Shown here piece after piece: positions 55,971-59,486 of a stretch of 59,486 bases of DNA; position 1 is the first letter of the stretch, and every line of letters starts with the position of its first letter. Made by a program: the position numbers and the translations under genes. Where the stretch lies: assembly GCA_035276425.1 (NCBI GenBank), contig DATELP010000107.1, positions 1-59,486 of the forward strand, in the 5' to 3' direction. The stretch comes from Pyrinomonadaceae bacterium. GTDB taxonomy: Bacteria > Acidobacteriota > Blastocatellia > Pyrinomonadales > Pyrinomonadaceae. The notes under the pieces were generated by a model. That model was not told where the DNA came from. It worked only from the letters and a program-made list of their open reading frames with translations, and made no database searches.

Positions 55971-56918
55971 TTAGTTATCTTCTGCGTCACGAGCGAGGAG
56001 GGCCGCGCCGATAACCGCGGCGTCTGTTCCGAGTGTCGCAGCGACGATCTGCGTCGCGTCAAAACAGGGTTGAAAGGCGCGCCGCTTTGCTTCTTGTATG
56101 ATGGGGTTGAGGATTAGTGATCCGGCGTCCATGACGCCGCCGCCGAGCACGATGCAGTCGATATTCAGCAGATTAATAACGCTGGCGACGCCCGTGCCGA
56201 TGTATTTTCCGGTGCGTTCGATCATCATGGCCGCGAAATCGTCACCTTCGCGGGCTTCGCGGGCTAGATCGTCGGCAGTGAAATTTTTATTAAGAGCCAG
56301 GCGCGACAACGATGAGGTGTTATCGCGATAGAGGCGTTCGCGGGCTCGTCTGACGATACTCGGCGCGGAAGCGACTGTTTCGAGACAGCCGGTGTTGCCG
56401 CAAACACATTCGAGTCCTTCAGTGTCGATCGTGATATGTCCGACTTCGCCTGCGAATCCTGAAGCGCCGGTCCAGAGTTTTCCGTCGAGGATGATTGCAC
56501 CGCCGATGCCGTCGCCGATCATCATGTAAAAAAGATTGCGACTGCCGCGGCCGGCGCCGACCATGAACTCGCCGTAGGCAGCGGCGTTTGCGTCGTTTTC
56601 GAGTTCGACGCGCAAACCGGTGGCGCGTGTCAGTTCGGCATGAAGGTTTTCAACCATCGGCGAGGGCATGCCGCGCGGATCGACGACGCGATCGGTTTGT
56701 CGATTGACCAGACCGGGCAGTGCGACGCCGAGAGCGACGACGGTTCCGAGCGCGGGTCGCAAATCTCCGGCGAGCGTCGCAAGCTGCGGGACGATGTTTT
56801 CGGACGAAACCTGGCTCTCGACGCGCTCGATTATGCGGCCCTGATCGTCGACCAACGCGGCGCGAACCTTCGAACCGGAGACATTAATTCCGATGAAGTT
56901 TTTTCTCGGAGTAGTCAT
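55971..56918 (-). CDS. ROK-family sugar kinase / regulator-like protein (probably glucokinase)
   Basis: GINVSGSKVRAALVD is the ATP-binding N-terminus and CVCGNTGCLE is the ROK zinc motif. The ATG at 56918 lies inside the longer listed ORF. Confidence 0.82.
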   Translation of the reverse strand: MTTPRKNFIGINVSGSKVRAALVDDQGRIIERVESQVSSENIVPQLATLAGDLRPALGTVVALGVALPGLVNRQTDRVVDPRGMPSPMVENLHAELTRATGLRVELENDANAAAYGEFMVGAGRGSRNLFYMMIGDGIGGAIILDGKLWTGASGFAGEVGHITIDTEGLECVCGNTGCLETVASAPSIVRRARERLYRDNTSSLSRLALNKNFTADDLAREAREGDDFAAMMIERTGKYIGTGVASVINLLNIDCIVLGGGVMDAGSLILNPIIQEAKRRAFQPCFDATQIVAATLGTDAAVIGAALLARDAEDN

Positions 56919-56942
56919 ATCAGCAAGCCAAGGGGTAGAATT

Positions 56943-56972
56943 GTGCCACAAAAAGGCACAAGAGGCACAAGG
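56943..56972 (-). repeat. Three-unit copy of the CACAAAr motif family upstream of the ROK gene
   Basis: The plus strand reads GTGCCACAAAAAGGCACAAGAGGCACAAGG. On the gene strand it reads CCTTGTGCCTCTTGTGCCTTTTTGTGGCAC, 25 nt before the ATG. Confidence 0.7.
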
Positions 56973-57004
56973 CAGGTTGTAAAACAGGACCAGGCAAGAC
57001 CGGT

Positions 57005-57472
57005 ATGCAGATTCGCACCATTCTTTTGCCGACTGATTTTAGCGATTGTGGCAACTATGCGCTTTCGTATGCCGCGTCGTTGGCCCGTACCTTTAAAGCC
57101 TCCATCATTTGTGTGAACGTGATCGAACCGATCGTGCCGACGGTCGGGTATTCCGGAATGACGGAGCCGTTGCCGATCGCCGACATTACCGAACAACTCG
57201 AAGACTCCGCTGAACGTGAACTGCCGAAACTAGCTGAGTGCGATGAGTGTTCGGGTATTGAAGTTGAAGAATTGGTAGTTCATGGCGAAGCGGCTTCGGA
57301 GATCGTGCGGGTGGCGGATGAGCGAAACGTCGACTTGATCGTAATTTCGTCTCACGGCCGCACCGGTTTGGGTCGAATTCTCTTTGGTTCTACAGCGGAA
57401 TCGGTCGTACGACACGCGCCGTGTCCGGTTCTGGTAGTCAAGCCCCCGCAACAGGAGGAAACAGAACAGTAG
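57005..57472 (+). CDS. Universal stress protein (UspA family)
   Basis: ILLPTDFS near the N-terminus and the C-terminal SHGRTGL..GSTAESVVRHAPCPVLVV motif. Confidence 0.88.
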   Translation: MQIRTILLPTDFSDCGNYALSYAASLARTFKASIICVNVIEPIVPTVGYSGMTEPLPIADITEQLEDSAERELPKLAECDECSGIEVEELVVHGEAASEIVRVADERNVDLIVISSHGRTGLGRILFGSTAESVVRHAPCPVLVVKPPQQEETEQ

Positions 57473-57564
57473 TCAACAGTGTCCCCTCCAGTTTATCCTT
57501 ACCCGCCGACTGATTTGTGCTCCCAGGCTTTCTCGGACTTGAGTTTCATGGCCCTGGTTTCTTC

Positions 57565-58290
57565 ATGCACCTCGACTTTCTCTACGAACTCATAGGTCAG
57601 TACGGGTTATACGCAATCTTTTTTCTGGTAATGCTGGAGGGCGACATTACTCTCCTGATTAGCGGAGTGCTGGCCCACAGCGGGTTTTTTGGCGAGTGGA
57701 GTTTTGCGCAGCTTTTAATCTGGGCGACGCTGGGCGGGTGTTTGAGTGACAACATTGCTTATTTCGCCGGTCGCGGGTTTTGCGAGGGCGTGAAGCAGTT
57801 TCGGTTTTACCGTGCGGCAAAGCCGAGGTTAGAACGGCTGACGAACAAGTTTGGCGTGCTTTCGATCTTTCTTTCGAAATACATTTACGGGTTGCGGTGG
57901 GCGTCGTGTGTGTTTTACGGCGTCGGGCGGATGCCTTACCCGCGGTTTTTAATAGTTTCGTTCTTTAGTTGTTTTCTGTGGGTCTTCATTCTCGCGGGCG
58001 CGGGATATTTCTTCAGCGGCGCCGTGATGGGTTTGATTGGCGACTTCCAGCGGCTCGGCAAAGTGTTGCTCGTGATCGTGGTGCTGGGGATCGTCGCGTT
58101 TTATCTGGCCGAACGATATTGGCTGTCGCCGAGAGTTGAAGAAGCTAACCCGGAACGCGTCCGGGAGCTGGAACACGCGGCCGCCGAGAAGTTGCAGGAC
58201 TTGCGCGAGGAAATTCAGGAACACAATCCGTTCAGCCATCGCGGTGAGGAAAAGAAACGCGTAGCCAAGCGAGAAGGGGATGGCGATTAA
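57565..58290 (+). CDS. DedA-family membrane protein
   Basis: YGLYAIFFLVMLEGDITLLISG is the typical DedA N-terminus. It is followed by a charged C-terminal tail. Confidence 0.78.
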   Translation: MHLDFLYELIGQYGLYAIFFLVMLEGDITLLISGVLAHSGFFGEWSFAQLLIWATLGGCLSDNIAYFAGRGFCEGVKQFRFYRAAKPRLERLTNKFGVLSIFLSKYIYGLRWASCVFYGVGRMPYPRFLIVSFFSCFLWVFILAGAGYFFSGAVMGLIGDFQRLGKVLLVIVVLGIVAFYLAERYWLSPRVEEANPERVRELEHAAAEKLQDLREEIQEHNPFSHRGEEKKRVAKREGDGD

Positions 58291-58292
58291 GT

Positions 58293-58373
58293 CTTTGAGC
58301 TTTGTGCTTGGTTCTTGGTACTTTGTGGTTGGCAAAGCACCAAGAACAAAGTACAAAGAACAAACTAGACTAC
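58293..58373. repeat. ACAAAG-heptad hairpin element, copy C
   Basis: CTTTGAGCTTTGTGCTTGGTTCTTGGTACTTTGTGG-ttgg-CAAAGCACCAAGAACAAAGTACAAAGAAC. The inner 14-bp stem matches at 13 of 14 positions. Confidence 0.75.
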
Positions 58374-58380
58374 GACCAAC

Positions 58381-59394
58381 ATGATCATCGAATCTTCAGC
58401 ACCTCCCAGAGTTGACCTCGAGGGCGGCACTATCGACATCTGGCCGCTTTATCTTTTTCACCCAGGCGCTACGACAGTTAATTTTGCGCTTTCACTTTAT
58501 GCGCGCTGCCGCATCGAGACGAATGACGATGGGCGCATCGTGCTCGAATCGCGCGATCGGAAAGTTTCGTTTGAAACGCATCTTTCAGCGCTCGAAGATT
58601 TGTTGCTCGAAGAGCGTTTGGAACTGATCTCGAAACTGGTCCACTTCTTCAAACCGACCACTGGATTTCATCTCGTTGCTGAGAGCACTGTGCCTGCCGG
58701 AGCGGGTTTGGGTGGTTCGTCGGCGTTGGCGATTGCGTGCATCGGCGCGTTGAATCGACTCGTGGGCAATCGTTATGAGGAAGGGAAGTTTGTCGAGCTT
58801 GCGGCGAATGTCGAGTCGACAGTAATCAAAGTGCCGGCTGGTTTTCAGGATTACTATCCGCCGCTTTACGGTGCGGTTTCGTGCGTGCATTTTCGGACGG
58901 ACGGAATGGATCGCGAGGCGCTGGATATCAATTACGCGGAGTTGGAACGCCGGATTGCGATCTGTTACACGGGCGAGCCGCGTATGTCCGGGATCAATAA
59001 CTGGGAAGTTTACAAGCGTCACATCGACGGCGATCCGGAATTGTTTGAGTTGTTTGAAGGGATTCGCGACGCCGCGCGTGATGTGCGGGCGGCGCTGTTG
59101 GCGGACGATTGGGATCAGGTGGCCGCGGTGATGAAGCGGGCGTATCCGATTCGCAAACGGCTCGCGCCGACGATCACGACACCGCAGATGGATATGCTGG
59201 TGGAGAAAGCGCTGGCGAATGGTGCTGAAGCGGCGAAGGTTTGTGGCGCGGGTGGTGGTGGATGTATCGCGTTTTTCTGTGCGGCCGGGCGGCGTGCGGA
59301 TGTTGAAGCTGCGCTGGCGGCGGAGGAAGGCGTGGAAGTGCTGAGCTGGAAGCTCGCGCAGGACGGGCTGACGGTTACTGAACGCTTCGATTAA
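58381..59394 (+). CDS. GHMP-family kinase (sugar or sugar-phosphate kinase type)
   Basis: Contains the PAGAGLGGSSALAIA GHMP motif II and a C-terminal KVCGAGGGG. Confidence 0.8.
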   Translation: MIIESSAPPRVDLEGGTIDIWPLYLFHPGATTVNFALSLYARCRIETNDDGRIVLESRDRKVSFETHLSALEDLLLEERLELISKLVHFFKPTTGFHLVAESTVPAGAGLGGSSALAIACIGALNRLVGNRYEEGKFVELAANVESTVIKVPAGFQDYYPPLYGAVSCVHFRTDGMDREALDINYAELERRIAICYTGEPRMSGINNWEVYKRHIDGDPELFELFEGIRDAARDVRAALLADDWDQVAAVMKRAYPIRKRLAPTITTPQMDMLVEKALANGAEAAKVCGAGGGGCIAFFCAAGRRADVEAALAAEEGVEVLSWKLAQDGLTVTERFD

Positions 59395-59396
59395 GT

Positions 59397-59420
59397 AGCC
59401 ACAAAGAGGCACAAAAAAGG
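59397..59420 (-). repeat. Solo copy of the 20-nt motif, 2 nt after the GHMP kinase stop
   Basis: The plus-strand sequence is AGCCACAAAGAGGCACAAAAAAGG. Confidence 0.7.
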
Positions 59421-59423
59421 GCG

Positions 59424-59486
59424 CTCGTTTTGAGTTCAACCTTCAGGTTGTCTTCTTAAGAGCAAGCTAAAGCTTGAACTCAAAAC
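59424..59486 (-). repeat. REP-like Y-shaped element, copy E (touches window end)
   Basis: The reverse complement reads GTTTTGAGTTCAAGCTTTAGCTTG-12 nt-CAACCTGAAGGTTGAACTCAAAACgag. Confidence 0.8.

Noticed and set aside
58585-59439. 284-aa minus-strand ORF
   Set aside because: It is antisense to the GHMP kinase gene, which has the PAGAGLGGSSA motif. The product is Arg-rich, and its 5' end is made of the 20-nt repeat.
19320-59486. CRISPR array as an explanation for the recurring short repeats
   Set aside because: The copies are kilobases apart, occur in both orientations and are each internally palindromic. There are no regularly spaced direct repeats with unique spacers, and no cas genes are present.
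1-59486. Autonomous mobile element (IS, transposon or prophage) or a classical defence island
   Set aside because: No transposase, integrase, recombinase, phage structural gene, restriction-modification gene or helicase/nuclease defence gene was recognisable in any frame. The only nuclease-fold candidate is the small GxxExxY protein, and the only toxin-antitoxin-like gene is the orphan HicB.

Overview
This is a 59.5-kb chromosomal segment with about 60 protein-coding genes. I found no rRNA, tRNA, CRISPR array, transposase or integrase. All family names below come from reading the translated ORFs and recalling motifs, not from any search.

The gene content suggests an Acidobacteriota-like genome (inference): two >1200-aa TonB-dependent receptors with carboxypeptidase-regulatory-like N-termini, an acidobacterial-type VWA protein, and an alternative complex III (ACIII) plus caa3 oxidase super-operon.

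Layout:
1. 1-5.8 kb: VWA protein and a TonB-dependent receptor.
2. 6.2-10.8 kb and 17.9-20.4 kb: a MoxR/DUF58-type cluster (polytopic membrane protein, DUF4129, DUF4350, MoxR ATPase ... DUF58, SpoIIM-like).
3. 10.8-17.9 kb: a 7.2-kb module that splits that cluster. It holds a second receptor, a TPR protein, a membrane-anchored thioredoxin-fold protein and three tandem paralogous secreted 10-Cys proteins of a family I do not recognise. This is the most interesting candidate.
4. 20.5-22.9 kb: formimidoyltransferase and a 516-aa unknown protein.
5. 23.0-30.8 kb: a minus-strand urate catabolism operon. It contains a PuuD-like membrane protein without a cytochrome c domain, HIU hydrolase, OHCU decarboxylase, allantoicase, allantoinase, XDH-type FeS and FAD subunits with no molybdopterin subunit, and two unknown membrane proteins. 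A GxxExxY gene bracketed by 20-nt inverted repeats interrupts it.
6. 30.9-42.9 kb: housekeeping genes (ppa, HtrA, prmC, murA, HIT, pckA, EamA, an orphan HicB and others).
7. 42.9-55.9 kb: a 12-gene, translationally coupled ACIII-SCO-caa3 operon.
8. 56-59.4 kb: ROK kinase, Usp, DedA and a GHMP kinase.

The intergenic DNA is unusually rich in short structured repeats, in at least five families:
- a Y-shaped REP-like element with compensatory stem changes (5 copies);
- a 20-nt TTTGTGCCTyTTTGTGGCT motif (7 copies, several abutting start codons);
- ACAAAG-heptad hairpins immediately upstream of start codons that lack a Shine-Dalgarno (SD) sequence (3 copies);
- pseudo-palindromes built from 10-nt CACnGAy units;
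- a 234-bp nested palindrome.
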